Assembly (NCBI RefSeq): GCF_018977255.1
Contig: NW_024704742.1
Span: 6,636,001 to 6,700,000 of the forward strand
Source: Callorhinchus milii
Taxonomy: Eukaryota
DNA length: 64,000 bases
Direction of reading: 5' to 3'
Shown here: positions 35,041 through 48,400 of the stretch, piece by piece
Position numbering within the stretch: the first letter of the stretch is position 1
Layout: each line of letters begins with the position of its first letter
The notes under the pieces: model-generated
What the model saw: only the letters and a program-made list of their open reading frames with translations
What the model was told of the DNA's origin: nothing
Databases searched by the model: none
Program-made: the position numbers and the translations under genes

Positions 35041-37769
35041 AATTGATTATGTTAGCGCTCTCACTAAGAAAGGATAGCTGCTGTGGGAAATGGAAACCAC
35101 ACTGATATAAGACAGGATCCTCTTCTGACTCTAGGGTCAACATGACATGATAGGATCAATTAGAGGAAGTTTTGAAGAAGAACACCAATTTGTTGATGCT
35201 GTGCAGGAAGGCTGCCCTGTGATCAGTTGTGGAATTCAAGTAAATTCATTCCACTGAAATACTCTGAGTCAGCTAGAGTTATAGATCATGTGCAGATGGT
35301 GATTTTAGTGTTGTTTACTCAAACTGTTTGAAGAACAACTCACAGCCAACATATTTACGTGCATTGCGTTTACTCAGCATTTAAAGGAGTGCAAGGGCTT
35401 CCTTGAGAATGAGAAGTGGTCCACATAGTTACTCACACATTTTCTTTTACTCATTGCACAGAGAAATGTTAGTTCAGTGCATTTTTCTCATCACTAATTG
35501 GTGGCCTGGAAGAAATTGTAAATTGCTGACAGACTGATTTTTATTTTGCTGGGGATTAATTTAGCTAAGTTGACAATTCGAGGAGTTCATTTGTGACCTG
35601 GAGACAATGGTGTAACAGACGATGTGCCCAATACTGCTTTCATATTCTCTCAGCGCAGCAACGATTCCTTGGATTCCCTTTAACATTGCTTTCTTGGCTG
35701 TTTCTATTTGGTATTTAGGGTGCTGGAGAGGGACGTTTTCTATGCTGCCAGAAAGGTGCCTTGGAGATGGAAAGAAAACAAGAGGAAATAAAGAACTTGC
35801 ACTGTCTCTGTTCATAGAGATAGGTGAAAAGCGGAGGGGGGGGGGCGTAATCTAGGATCAAAGGATTGGCAGGGTGGACTGCCAGCCAGTCAGTGGCCAG
35901 GGTGTAGACGATGGCCTACACTCTTGCAGGAGGCAAGGGTTAGATTATTTATTCGAATGATTCACACTCTTACACCCATTCCATTATTTGGCAACCTTTC
36001 CTTTGCCAACAGACCAGCAACCTGTTCGCAAACAGAGGGCCAGTAAATTTTGAGTCCCCTCTCTCACCTCCTTCAATGCCTGTCCTGTCTCAGGATCTTC
36101 CTCTTTGACCATGCCATCGGCCGCGCTCCTACCCCCCACCCCACTTACCCTCCACCCCTGTTTCAACCCCCAACCCGGGTGCAAACCCATAATTGGCCAA
36201 CTCCTCAGGACATCCTTCCGACGTGAAAGGCCCTATATGTATATATATATATATACAATTTGTTGTTATTTCGCGAGTATCCGGCTAAACCTTCTTTTTC
36301 TGGGTGACTAAATTAGAATTCAATGGGACGTTTTTTTCATCAACAACACATGAATGTCTGTTCAGTTTAACAAACAATTTGTAAAGAGTAACTCAATGTG
36401 CTTCCCAGTCATTTTAAATGGAAAATGAAAATACGTTGAATAACTTCTGAAGAATTCCAAAGGAGGGAAGGTTGGCTGGGGCAATTTTAATTTTAAGAAT
36501 GATTTTAGTCCTTCAGCTCACAATTAATACCTAACAGAAGTTCAAAAGGAAATGAAAGTGAGCCGGTGTCATGTTGCCTGGGATGAAAGATTCTCCTGTT
36601 CCAAAAATAATAGGCCGTGAAAGAATGAAGCCTGTCAGAGCTGAAGATGAAATGCAGCTAGAAATGTGGAAAAATAAATGCAAGAAAGGCTATCAAAATA
36701 GGACAAAAATGTCAACTGAGCTCACGAAATAGGACAAAACTAGGACAAAAATGACAACCGATGCTGCTGCGGCAATGGCTGGTTTTCATAGTATTGGGTT
36801 CTCCTGGAAGAGCTGGTATCAGGTAGTGGATGGAAGAAACTCGCACACGGTGAACTCTGCCAGCTTCCGCTCGCTTCACATTGCCCTGTGGCACGAGGGG
36901 AACCAAATCAGACTAGCCTAACATTACAGGTCAGAATCCCTGCCTTTAGTGACTGGGCTGCTCCTCCAACGTCCACCAGTTACCATCGGTGGCTGATCCA
37001 TCATCAAACACGTCTGGAGTACAGCAGATCTGCTTAGCTCAGGTACTGGAGTACCAAGTCCACTACTCTATTCAGATATTCCATTACCAGGCAAGGGGTG
37101 CACTACTGAGTCCTATTTCCCCCTTGTGGACTGGATCATTAAGTCCATCAATGTCCTCCAACCCTCTGCCATCTTTCCATATGCTAACTCAGCATAATAC
37201 TCCCCACCAGACTCCAAGAACACCCTCATTGGTGTGTTATGAAGCCCCAGACCATAATCAATGGCAGAATGCCAGCGGTAAACAGATTTGGGATTGTTCT
37301 TGTGCAGTTGCAGTCCTTTACAAAGTGATTACCCATAGAACCTGCTTCATGTTTCTAAGGAGCCTCCTAGCCTCAAGACCCTCAATCATAATCTGCCTTT
37401 GCTGCAGTCCTAGAATGCTTTAGGGGGCTTCTAGTGTTGCTTTAAAATCCTTCTGCTTCGCTTAACAGCTCCTCTTCCCTTTGCAGTTTTCCTGACAATA
37501 TTGTGTTCAGTGGATGAATGTCTAGCAGACTGTAGTTTCAGTTTCCCTATGACTTCAGCTGATAAAAACAGAAAAACTTTGGTTACATTATCTGACATTG
37601 AATCTGCCCTATTAACCATCACACATATCCAGTCCTAACCTACATAGGCAGCAATATTATTCTTGGGCTGAGTATCTTGGTGCAGTGACTCGAGGAATCA
37701 GCCACTCTGACTTGGCAGTCACCCTGTGTCCCACCTTTTCCAAGAATTTCATGGGCCATCCTCTAAATC

Positions 37770-38140
37770 AGAAGGTAACCAGCCAGCCACCTCCACTGGC
37801 TCCCCATTTCCCAGAGGATTGAGTATGAGATCCTCATCCTCATTTGTAAATCCCTCCAAAGTCTTGTCCCACCCTACCTCCGCGAACTTCTTAAACCTTA
37901 CCAACTTGTCCACTCCTTCTGCTCAGCAGAGACTGGCCTCTTTCACAACCCCCACCCTGTCCAACCCATCATCAGCAATTGAGCTTTTAGCCTATCTTCC
38001 CCATTCTCTGGAACTCCAGCCCTTCACCTCACTCCTTCCTTGACCCCTTTAAAATCTATCTGAAGACCTTCCTTTTGGACCGCACCTTTGGTCATCTTCC
38101 CTCTATCCCCATCGCTGCTCTCCTCCTGAATCCAATCCTT
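37770..38140 (+). mobile_element. Old L2 3' end fragment
   Basis: ctccactggctccccatttcccagaggattgag (LHWLPISQRIE), ctctggaactcc, ctgaagaccttcctttt. Confidence 0.75.
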
Positions 38141-38185
38141 AGCTTGGATGCAAAACCTCAATTATCCAGGACTTTTTAACATCAT

Positions 38186-38363
38186 GAGCCATGCTTCTTG
38201 CCAACCTACGCCTAATACTTTCCAGAATTAGGTAAGCCAACAATCTATCTCTGGTATTTCCATATGTAGGTAGGGTGCATGGAAATCTCAGCTTGGTTTG
38301 GATACTCTTAAGCACGATGATGGGTTTCCACATGTGTCAGACACCCGGCTGACCAAGAAAAAA
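38186..38363 (+). repeat. Repeat family X, 3' end with A-rich tail
   Basis: ccaacctacgcctaatac..gtttggatactcttaagcacgatgatgggtttccac..gtcagacacccggctgaccaagaaaaaa; matches 56305-56541. Confidence 0.75.
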
Positions 38364-39060
38364 CACTTTTTGTGCTCTTAAATTTAAATTAGAAGTCATC
38401 TCTTTAGCATTTCAGCAGTTTTACAGCCCACGGATTAATGCATTTTTAAAGCATTGCTCCCCAATGATGGGAGTGAACGGGGGGAAGAGAAAGAAGAATG
38501 TTTTCTAACTACGACAAAGCCCTATTCTCCCAGCTTTGACATTGAGAAGGTGATTTGGACAACATCCGGAAGTAGCTGAGTTTTATGCAGACTCTTAGGA
38601 TGTCCTGATATTAAACAGATTTGAACTTTCTATCTTTACTGCAACACCTGGGACTGATTGTTCAGTACAGTATTAGAATAAAACAACACCAGATGGGCTG
38701 AGGAATTCATATGCAGTGGTACAGAGTTAGTTGGAAACCCGAGAAACTGCTATTACACATTAAAACCCCAGCTCTTGAGTGCAAGGTACACAGCATTCAG
38801 AGACTTGAACTCAAACATTTTAAAAGCTTGCTGATTTGCTGTGAAAACAGCATCTCAGTCAGACTCATTCTTTGAACTCTATGAATCACAAATTTGCACT
38901 ATTTACTTCATTCCCTCCTCCCAAAAAAGCTCTGTATGTGCAGTTTTTGTTACATAGGGTTTGGTTTATAGGGTGATTGCTAGTCAAGAATTTTATTCTA
39001 CGATTGTAATGGAATGGATTGAATTTCCCTCATGAGTTAATTTAGTTCTCTGGTTGTAAG

Positions 39061-39325
39061 CTGTGTCTGTGAAGTGGCTTCACTGTATCTAAGATGGGTT
39101 TCCTGTATCTAAGGTGGACCTACTGTATATAGATTGGGCTTCTGCTGTATATTAAGAATAATATTCCTCGCATTTGATATAGTGCCTTATCACATCTTTC
39201 AGATGTCTCAAAGCACTTCACAGAAAATACTGAAAAGTGAATTGACTGTATATTAAGTGGGATTGCTGTATGTAAAGTGAGCCTGCTATATATAATGTAA
39301 ACCTATTGTATATAAGGTGACTTAC
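39061..39325. repeat. Degenerate ~20-bp minisatellite (ctgtatataaggtg..) with an inserted SINE tail
   Basis: About 9 units starting ctgtat/ctatat/ttgtat/ctgtgt; SINE tail 39157-39245 flanked by ctgtatattaag on both sides. Confidence 0.7.
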
Positions 39326-42258
39326 TCTCCATTGCTTTCTGTTCTTGTTTTTGTTCTGGACAGATGAGCTGTGATAATCTTTTCTATCCTAAATAGGCCA
39401 ATTGTTTGTTTTACTATGTGTAGTTGATTCTATAATGAACGTTAAGCCATGTTTTGGCCCTCAGAGAGTGTGACAAGTTTTCTTTGTTAGTTTCTGGACT
39501 GGATGTGAAGCAGAGTGACAAAATGGGCATTCTCTCTGGCCCAAAGGATTTTACTTCACAATCTGGATTAGGGCTTCAAGACAAAAGTCTCTGGTATGGA
39601 TTGGAGCATTCAGGCAAGGTGACGTGCAATGCTGCTGTCTCAATTAGAAAACAATACAAATCTACATTTACATAGCACCTTTCATATCGGAAGAACATAC
39701 CAAGGCACTTAACAATACTTGCTTGGTACCCGAAATAGGGATAGGAACCGAGGGCAGTGGGGTGGGAAAAGATGATCAAATGCGCGGTCAAATATGGTCT
39801 ACCGGTTAAGATTCCTGGTGTGCAACCAGACGATCTGAGTCTGAAACAGAGGTTCAATAGTCCAGGACCCACTCTAAGGCATAATGATTGTGTATTTTGT
39901 AAGTGAATGCAACAGTTAATTTACATACCAATATCACCGAAACAGCCATGAAGCGAATGACCAATTTTATTTATTTATTTGTTATTCACCATGTTTGATT
40001 ATTTATTTTTTGTTGTTGTAATGTTTATTTATAGCAGCATTGCCAATTATGAACAGCAGGTACGCCCTACAGCAAGTTTTATTGCATGTTATGACATTAA
40101 CCATAGTGTTGTTGGTTGGTTATACCCATAAAAGACCAACTGTGTTCTATCGAAGTTACTATTGAAATGAACGGGTACATCTCTGTCTTAAATTCTAAGT
40201 TTTCATTTCATTACAGACTTTCTCCTATAGCTCAATTCAATTACGACAACACTATTAATATTGTTGTCTGGCTTTTATGAACGGGATCTCAGCAATTTCT
40301 TTCTGAATAATGTTTTGCAGGCTTGTTTTTCCACTAAGGGAATTTTATAGTTATACAATTTTACCATATACAATGAAATTCTGTGAATTAAATACTCAGT
40401 CTGACACTGAAAATGATTCAATAAACCAAACTATTCATATAACCGGACTAAACATAATAGGAGACTCATCTCTCGGAGCTCTATGTTCCATTCAGTAAAC
40501 TGAACTATTCAATTATCCAATATTCAAGTAACCGAATTTCACATTAAAAACACTTGGTGTAGAGGCTCCTAAGTACTAGCTACTCTGGTGTAACGACTCT
40601 CAGGTGTCTTTAGACGTAAAGACATTTACAGTGCTGCCTTAACTCCCAAAAAGAGGTTAGCATCTCTTATATTTTTTTGGTAGTGCCATGGGGCATTGTG
40701 TAAGAGTAAAAAGAAACCTTTGAATCTCGTAAAATTTGCTAAACACTTCAAGATGAGATTCAGTGTGAGGTCTTTATTGAACAGATTATGATAAAGGTTC
40801 TGCTACCCAGGGAGTTTGTCAACGCTGTGTGGTTGAGAGAATCCATTCAATGACTCACCTAGCTCTGATGTGAGATGTTTGAGGCAGCAGACCACAGAGC
40901 AGTGATGTACTGTCTCGTGTTAAGAGTGGGATCTGGGAAATTCTCAGGCTCAGCGATTACATTCCAATGATTTGCCCTAATTGCATAAAAATTAATTTAC
41001 TCAGAAATCTTTTGGAAAAGTAAAATACTGGAGTTATTTCTTGTGAAATTATACTGTGAAGCGTCTGTCAGTAGTAGGTGATAAAACCGTGTACCTTTTC
41101 AATTCAGTTTTTTCAATCTCGCTTTCGGTTAACTCTCCCCCACCCCTCCTACCTTCCCCTCTCCCCAGCTATCCCCTCCCAAACAGTTGTGTGAAGCACT
41201 TTCAGACATCTTCCTAACCTTGAAAGGTGCTGTATCAATGTAAATTGTTGTGTGATTTAAGATTTGATTATTTGAAATAGCTTTAAATCCGACAATCCCA
41301 GCAGATGTTTAAATCCAATGCAAAGACTTATGGCCAAGCTTTAGTGATAAGTGCTATACAGCCTTTCCTTTATTGTTTCATGATGTTGTTCTAGAGAGTG
41401 AGTACAGTACACAGTGGTTACTCAGAAAAAGACATCCCATATCAGTCTGAAACAGTAATCACACTGACAGCGCTGTTAAGAAGCAGACACACCCCAAGGA
41501 ATACCCTTGCCCTGCCAACATCATCCCACTGCTCTCTCCTGTGCAGAAAAGCCCTACAAATGGGATTACGTAAAGAAACAAAACATACTTCCCAACCTTC
41601 ATCCCAGGCCCCAACAAAGAATTAACAAGAGTCATCTGGGTTAAGTATCAATCATTCCTACTACTTACCCCTATGGTAAAATTACATTTTAATGAGCAGG
41701 TCAGCTGCTTGACTCGTTTAGCTAAGAATTAAACTGACAAGATAATGCATGAATTAAATCAATGGGAATCTGTCAGGGCTGCGATTAATGAGAACAAGGA
41801 TCTGTTTTTCATTTTCAATGCTGGATAGGACTCGTGCACCTGGTAGCTCTTGCCTTTTCAAATCTGCAAAGTCTCCAGGCGATAATGAGTCCTGACCATG
41901 TGCCACTTCTCCCTCTCACATCCAGAGCATCTGCAAATAGCCTGAGTTTCTATTGTAAATAATAGAACCTCCTACAATGCCAGGGTCAAAAAGGCAAAGT
42001 GGAAAATATTAGACATAGAGGTCTCACTTCAAATGGGGGAATTCCTTCATTAAGCAAAGAGCTTGAGACTTCTATTGGTAACCAGAATTACATCACATGG
42101 AACCATGGGATCTCCACTTCAATGGTAGATTGTGTATGAGGAAGTGTACTTTCAAGTGCTTTGACTAAGGAACTCCCTTTGAAATTATTTCATTTTAGAG
42201 CCTACTATTTTATAGTATTCTCGAGATCTGACTTCCTGTGATTGTAACAACAGGAGTT

Positions 42259-42690
42259 GTGTCAGCCTGGCTCAGTTGGTAGCACTCTCACCTCTGAGTC
42301 AGGCGATTGTGGGTTCAAACCCCACTTCATAACTTATAACTCATATTGTCTAAACTGACACTCAAATGCAGTGCTGGTGGTGTACTGCATTATTGGAGGT
42401 GCCATACTTCGGCTGAGACATTAAACCGAGGCCTCGTCTGCCTGTTTTTTACATTAAAGATCTCATGACACTATTCAAAAAGAGAAGGGAGTTTCTCCCT
42501 GTGTCCTGGCCAACAGTCCCCCAAATAAAATCAGTCATTCATTTCATGGCTGTTTGTGGGATACTGCTGTGTGCAAATTGGCTGTGTTGTTCGTCTACAA
42601 AATATAGTACACTTCACAATATATCCTGTGAAGCGCTTTGAGACATCCTCCTGATGTGAAAGGCGATATACTAAATGTAAGGATTATTAT
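42259..42690 (+). mobile_element. SacSINE1-like Deu-SINE (family B), full length
   Basis: tRNA head (tggctcagttggtagc, gggttcaaacccc), Deu domain (taaagatctcatgacactattcaaaa..gtgtcctggccaac), L2-type tail ending ggattattat. Confidence 0.9.
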
Positions 42691-43213
42691 TTGATTATTA
42701 ACAGTCGATTCTGAAGCACAAAGGGACGAGAGTGATTATTACAGCTCTTTAGTCAATAAGAGGATTAATATACTGCTGAACAGTCCATCACTCCGTGTGA
42801 ACTCCTTTCTGTCAGTTAGACCCAGATGAAGATCAGTTCCTGATTAGGTTTAGTGTTAACCAAGGTAACCTCACTATCTCCACAACATCATGAAAGTGAC
42901 ATCATAAATATAACTAAATGCCTAGAGATGTGAAGTATTTTTCTGGAAGATATCCAGCCACTCATGTATATCTGGTTCATTTAGGGCTATCGAGCGACTA
43001 AGCTAGGCTTTTGCTGGGTGAGGGTTTCATTCTGTCAATTCTATTATTTCTTTAGCCCAGAGGCATAACTTTAACTCAAGAGCTAGATTTTCCCTCATGT
43101 GCCCAAACCTATCTAGTTCAAATTTGCCGCTAGTTTGGCCTACAAATTTATTGGACTGAATGATATCAACAGAATTTAGTATCGATAGACTAATAAAGTT
43201 AAAGATAATTGTC

Positions 43214-43533
43214 AATAATAATAATAATCCTTGCATTTGATATAGCGCTTTTCACGTCGGGAGGACGTCCCAAAGCGCTTCACAGAACACACTGTAAAGT
43301 GAATTGACTGTATATTTGTGGGCGAACGCGGCAGCCAATTGCGCACAGCAATGTCCCACAAACAGTCGTAGATTGAAAATGACCAATTTATTATTGTTTT
43401 GGGTTTTGGAGGGATTATTATTAGGCTCTGTGTGGAGTAAGGAAACTTGCCCGAGGTTTCGCCCTCTGCCTGGAATTGAACTCAGGTCTCTCGCTTGCAA
43501 AGCGAGTGCTCTAACCACTGAGCTACAGGACTC
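43214..43533 (-). mobile_element. SINE family A young form, full length
   Basis: Near-identical to 24892-25216 and 26608-26923. Confidence 0.95.
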
Positions 43534-43621
43534 TAGTCTTGAATCAGAATGCTACTTAAATCAAGTTCCTGTAAACAAAGATTGAGTGTCCAAAAATTTA
43601 TAATACTTTTTTTTTAAGGGA

Positions 43622-43799
43622 GTATTATCCCGGAACAGTGCTCTGCCAATCGACTAACAACCGGATTCCTACTTGCTGCTGGGTAAACAGGTGCGTGAAG
43701 AGTAAGGAAACTTGCCCAACATTTCGCCCTGTCTGGAAATCAAACCCAGGTCCTCTTGCTTCCGAGGCAAGTGCTCTGACCACTAAACTACAGGGCTCC
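43622..43799 (-). mobile_element. SINE family A older form, 5' half only
   Basis: Head plus full CORE-like segment (ttgggcaagtttccttactcttcacgcacctgtttacccagcagcaagtagg). Confidence 0.85.
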
Positions 43800-44734
43800 A
43801 TCCATAAGCATGGATGCGAGGACAAATGGAAGATAAAGATTGTCCTTGGTTTTGCAGAAGGTGTTTTTAGCAACACGTTGAACAGACCTGCGCATGTGAC
43901 CAGAAAGATATAAAGAATCAGAGATTTGACAATTTTAAGTTAAAAATTCTAAGCCTATTTACTAGGAGTTACCCAATGACATCATTGGTATTGATGCAAT
44001 AATGATCCTATATTGATTCATGTCCAGCTGACGTGGATTACGTTTCTGAACTGCTAAAGAGGTCCACAGCGTAAGAGAAACCTCCATGGGTTTGGCTGGA
44101 GGTGAATTCAGACTTAAGTTCCCCTCAAGGATTAAGAACAGCAGGTTATGTAACATCCAGCTAGTGCCTGTCCACTTGCAAACAATTTGTACTGTAGCTT
44201 TTCTACCTCTCCATGGTCGAGCCTATCCACCTTTGTTAGGAGTTGATGTTGAAGGTAACTGAAGTCCCAGCAGGCAGTGTAAATGATGTACCAGATGTGA
44301 GAGGTTTATCACATCCTGAAAGTACCGTGGTGTAGGAAGTAGGAACATTAGGGAGTGAGATTACTCGATCACTCTTCTATTTGAGTGACATGTCATTAGT
44401 AAGTTCAGTGCTGTGTGATCCTTTCATGGGAACGAACAAAGCATATGAAATACAACACAAACACAACCAGTGACTTAATCCAGAATAATTAACATTGAGA
44501 GGAAACACAGGCATTGTTTTGAATTATACTTACACCAAGAACTAGATATTTTGAAAATGAATTCATGTTTACTATCTATACTATCTAAATGTCTACTCAG
44601 AATCAGCTCCATATAACCAACGAATGCATGCAGTTAAATACTAAGTGTGTGACTGCATTGTTTGCAACTAAATGAATAGTTTTCTAATGAAGATTTCTGA
44701 TATGTAGAGGATAATTGATTGCCCTGTAAACTGA

Positions 44735-45215
44735 CCTTGGAATATTAAATCAGCTGCCTTAAGAAGGATGACCAGATCCATATGCTGGTGCAGAGGAGAG
44801 CAATGAGGACAATCCCCATTTTTAGAAGAATGAGCTATGAGCAACAATTAGATAAGCTCAGGTTCTTCAGTTTGAAAGTGATGTCTTAGAGGAGACCTTA
44901 GAGAGGTATACACCATTTTAATGCAGTACTTTTGGATACCCTGTGACAGTAAAAACAAGACATAGATTTAGAATTGCAACAGGCAAATTCAGGACAGACT
45001 CCCGGAAGTATTTCTTTACCCAGAGGATAATTAATTACTGGAGTAGTTACCAGGAAGGGTAGTTCAGCTAGAAAATGTAATTCTTTCTTTTAAAAAAAAA
45101 CTCTCTCCTGTAATGGGAAGAAGGTCATGTAGGTATTCTGAAAGGATGAAATCAAATGGGCCAAATAGCTTTCTTTACCCAAACCTCTCTTGTCAACTTG
45201 TGATCTGATCCAAAA
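44735..45215 (+). mobile_element. Old CR1 LINE 3' fragment
   Basis: VQRRAMRTIP, MSYEQQLDKLRFFSL, LRGDL..EVY, RKYFFTQRIINYWSSLP motifs. Confidence 0.8.
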
Positions 45216-45429
45216 GTAAGATTTAGGATCTAGTTCATAATATCGGTGATTCTCACTGTGTGCTGTTACAAAGTACTGAGATTTCATATTCAACTGCAAG
45301 CCTCCATAGAAAACCAGTGTCCAAGACGGACTGCTGAAATAGAATCATGTATAAAATGCACAGTATGTGTACAGACAGTAAATAATATTAGATAATTGTA
45401 TGTGGGAGCGCATCTTACTGCATATTAAT

Positions 45430-48400
45430 TCACTCACGACCCCGCGTGCTCATTATGGCTGCCACTCCGACCCGAGCCCCCTCACCCCCTCCCTCCCTCC
45501 CCCCTCCTCCCTCCCCCCAAACCCTCCCCCCTCTGCATCTCTCCCGCTCTGTCCTCCTCTCTCTCCGTCCCTCTCGCCTTCTATCCCCACTTGACCCTCC
45601 CACAACCTCCCTCTGTTCCAGCCTGGGAATCCTCCGCCGGGCTCACCATGGCACTCGGCGTTGGCTGTCCAGCAGCAGCCACACCGACTGCCCCATTCCC
45701 CACCACACTCGCCAGCCACCCCGGACACAGACCCGGGGAGCCAACCTCTCCTCCCTCATCCCCATTCCCCCACCCCTGCCTCACAACCTGGACCCCCCCC
45801 CTCCCCACACACCCTTCTGTCAACCGCTCCCTCCACATCGGACTGCAAAATGTCCGCTCCCTCTGCAACAAGGCCCTGGTCATCAACGATCTCATCCTTG
45901 ATGAGAGCGTTGACATCATGGCCTTAACGGAAACCTGGCTCACCCCAGGCGACACCTTCCCCCTCACGGAGGCCACACCACCCGGCTACACCTCCCACCA
46001 CATCCCTCGCCCCAACCGCCGTGGCGGTGGTGTAGCCCTTATCTCAAGGACACCACTTGCCCTATCCGCCTACTCCTCTGGCTTTTTCCCCTCTTTTGAG
46101 CACCTCACCCTCTCCCACCCCTCCTATCCTCCTCCTCTACCGGCCCCCTAAAACCTCTCCCACCTTCATCTTCGATAATTCTACCCTACTAACATCTCTC
46201 TGCCTCTGCTCTGATCGCCTCATCATCCTGGGTGACTTCAACCTGCACTTCAACCCCTCCTGCTCCATCTCCTCGGACTTCTCTTCCCTGCTCTCCTCGC
46301 TCAACCTCTCCCTCCACATCAACTCCGCCACTCACAGTCACGGCCACCCACTCGATTTGGTGATCACCCGGGGCCTCAGTGTCTCGGATGTCACCATTAC
46401 CGACAAGGCCGTCTCCAATCACCACTTCATCTCCTTCAACACCTCCACCCCCCTCCCCACCTCCACCAGACCCACCACCATCCTCTACCACCCCTGGAAG
46501 AAGTTCCCCCCACAATCCCTAACCACTGCCTTGGAGTCCTCTGAACTCCTCTCCCTCTGGCCTTCATCCCTCACTGACCCCTCTTCTGCTCTCACCCTCC
46601 TCCACAACACCCTCTCTTCCACACTCGACACTCTTGCCCCCATCACCACCCGTACTTTCTCTTACACTTGCTCCTCCCCCTGGTTCACCACCCATCTCTG
46701 CTCACTGAAGAGCCAGGTGCGGGCCGCTGAATGCACCTGCCTCAAATCTGGCCTAACAGTCCACCGATAAATCTGGCTGGACCTCCTCAAAATTTACCGC
46801 TCCACTCTATCCTCGACCAAGTCATCCTTCTACTCCAGGATAATCCTGGAGGCGAAGAACAACCCCAGGCTTCTGTTTTCTACCACATCCCGACTCCTCC
46901 GTCCCCACCGCCACCCCGCGCAGGTCATCTCCTCCAACCTTCACTGGGAGGAGATGCTGGATTTCCTTGAATCCAAAATCAAGGGAATCCGCTCCGCGGT
47001 CACTGCCCCTCTAACTTCCACCCACCCCTTCCCTCCCACACTCCGACTCCTACACACCTTCGAACCTGTTTCCCCACCCTCTGTCACCAACCTCATACTG
47101 TCCCTGAAACCCACCACCTGCTCCCTTGACCCCATCTCCACTTCACTCCTTCCAAACCCTCCCTTGATGCGTCGCAGCTATCAAGCTACCGGCCCATCTC
47201 CAACCTCCCCTTCCTGTCCAAGGTCCTTGAAAGAGTTGCCGCCTCCCAGCTACGCTCTTTCCTCTCCACCCATTCATTATTCGAACCCCTTCAGTCGGAT
47301 TTCCGTGCTGCCCATAGCACAGAAACTGCCCTGGTCAAGGTCACTAATGACATCTTGACCATCTGCGACCAGGGCTCCCTCTGCCTCCTCGTCCTCCTCG
47401 ACCTATCGGCCGCATTCGATACGGTCGACCATACTATCCTCCTCCACCACTTGTTCTCCCACCTCAACCTTCCAGGCCCTGTCCTTGAGTGGTTTAGGTC
47501 GTACCTCTCCCACTGTCTTCATTTTGTTTCCACAAACATTTTTTCCTCCAACCCCCGCACTGTCTCGTGTGGTGTCCCTCAGGGCTCTGTCCTCGGTCCC
47601 CTCCTCTTCACCCTCTATATGCTCCCCCTGTGGTGACATCATCCGCAGACATGGGGTTAACTTCCACATGTATGCGGATGACACCCAACTCTACCTTTCC
47701 TCCTCTACCCTCAACTCCACGACCACCGATGTCCTGACAGTTGCCTGTCCGACATCGAGTCCTGGACGAGAGACAACTTTCTTCAGCTCAACGTGCGCAA
47801 AACTGAGGCCCTCCTCATTGGTTTGTGTCAGCGCCTCCGCACCTCAGGCGCTGACACCATCAACATCCAAGGCTGCACTCTCCACCTCTCAAAGCAGTCA
47901 GGAACCTCGGGGTTCTGTTCGACCCTGAGCTGTCCTTTCTCTCTCATATCCGCGCCACAACTGGCACCGCCTTCCATCACCTCCGGAACATCGCCAGACT
48001 ACGGCACTACCTCACCCCTCACGCTGCTGAAACTCTGGTCCACGCCTTTATCACCTCAAGGCTGGACTATGGGAACTCTCTCCTCGCCGGCCTTCCCGGC
48101 CCTCCCTCCACACTGCAGGTCATTCAGAACTCTGCAGCTCGTGTACTGTCCCGCACCAGGCTTCGGACCACATCACTCCCACCCTCGCTCGCCTCCACTG
48201 GCTCCCCATCCCCCAGAGGATCGAATTCAAGATCCTCATCCAAATACAAGGCCATTCACGGCCTTGCTCCCTCCTACCTCTCCGACCTACTATCCCCTTA
48301 CCTACCTGCCCGTACCCTCCGTTCCTCTGGCTCCGGTCTGCTCCACATCCCCGCCCCAACCGCCCTACCATTGGTGGCCGAGCCTTCAGCCTCTCAGCCC

